This document shows, in pieces, positions 25,766-26,245 of a DNA stretch of 26,245 nt. Source of the DNA: an uncultured Deinococcales bacterium. GTDB taxonomy: Bacteria; Deinococcota; Deinococci; Deinococcales; JAAFIG01. Positions within the stretch are counted from its first letter, which is position 1, and each line of letters begins with the position of its first letter. The stretch lies in the NCBI GenBank assembly GCA_964244895.1, contig CAXTKV010000051.1:1-26245 (forward strand), in the 5' to 3' direction. Both the position numbers and the translations under genes were made by a program. The notes below the pieces were generated by a model. The model searched no databases, was not told the DNA's origin, and saw only the letters and a list, made by a program, of their open reading frames with translations.

Positions 25766-25814
25766 GCACCGTCCAGCACGCGACCCCAAATGCGCGTCTG
25801 GGACGGTGTTCTCG
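25766..25814. repeat. Paired-box intergenic element, 44-bp type
   Basis: GCACCGTCCAGCACGCG...CGCGTCTGGGACGGTGT-TCTCG (core 25766-25809). Confidence 0.85.
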
Positions 25815-25861
25815 TATCGAGCCCGACGTTATTTTCGAGCCCGTAGCCGTACACTCGAGCC

Positions 25862-26245
25862 ATGAGAACCAAAACTGTTCACGTTGACGCGCTCGACCCG
25901 AGCGGTGAATCACGCGTTCGATTCGTGGCCCACAACCCGCGCGGCGAGCGCATCAACATCGAAGCGCACCACGCCGATCCCGCGCAGCACGACCCCGCCA
26001 GCGTCGGGCTGGGGCCGATGGAGGCGCTGCTGGGCGCACTGGGCGGTTGCACGGCGGTGGACGTGCAGGACATCATGCGCAAGCGCCGCACGCCGCTGAC
26101 CGCGTATCGCCTCGAGATCGTCGGTGAGCGCGCGGAGGGCCTACCGGGGCGCTACACGAAAATCACCGTGCGCCATTTCGGTTCCGGCGAGGGCGTGACC
26201 GCCGAAGCCCTGCAGCCCGGCGCGGTGGTCGCGGTCGTCGTCACC
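25862..26245 (+). CDS. OsmC/Ohr-family protein, runs off the window end (absent from the ORF track)
   Basis: My translation: MRTKTVHV...GLGPMEALLGALGGCTAVDVQDIMRKRR...GERAEGLPGRYTKITV. TACACT lies 6 nt before the ATG. Confidence 0.88.
   Translation, partial: MRTKTVHVDALDPSGESRVRFVAHNPRGERINIEAHHADPAQHDPASVGLGPMEALLGALGGCTAVDVQDIMRKRRTPLTAYRLEIVGERAEGLPGRYTKITVRHFGSGEGVTAEALQPGAVVAVVVT

Noticed and set aside
2350..25814. Paired-box repeats as a CRISPR array
   Set aside because: Copies are dispersed one or two per intergenic gap, degenerate and not regularly interspaced. No cas genes are present.

Overview
High-GC bacterial chromosomal window, most likely Deinococcota (inferred from widespread leaderless TANNNT-N6/7-start genes and gene content). 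It holds about 22 CDSs: an HD protein, an argininosuccinate-lyase-family enzyme, an XRE-cupin/MFS/MOSC/MFS cluster, galT, an M29 aminopeptidase, a four-gene surface-protein locus after a tRNA-Asp/tRNA-Phe operon, a tandem GNAT, an alpha/beta-hydrolase lipoprotein, nfeD-floA-orf-phoH, a phosphodiester glycosidase, aroE and a truncated OsmC. No integrase, transposase or CRISPR is present. The most unusual signals are not explained by these genes. (1) A dispersed element sits in most intergenic gaps. It is built from paired CGT-N5-ACG boxes at fixed 25-bp or 35-bp spacing and often ends in CTCGAG. (2) CTCGAG is about tenfold over-represented (about 105 copies by manual count). (3) The tRNA-adjacent locus encodes an Ig-repeat lipoprotein with a low-GC C-terminal head, a small lipoprotein ending in an F-D-x3-F-D-x3-F motif, and a signal-peptide-bearing protein resembling a phage tail fibre.
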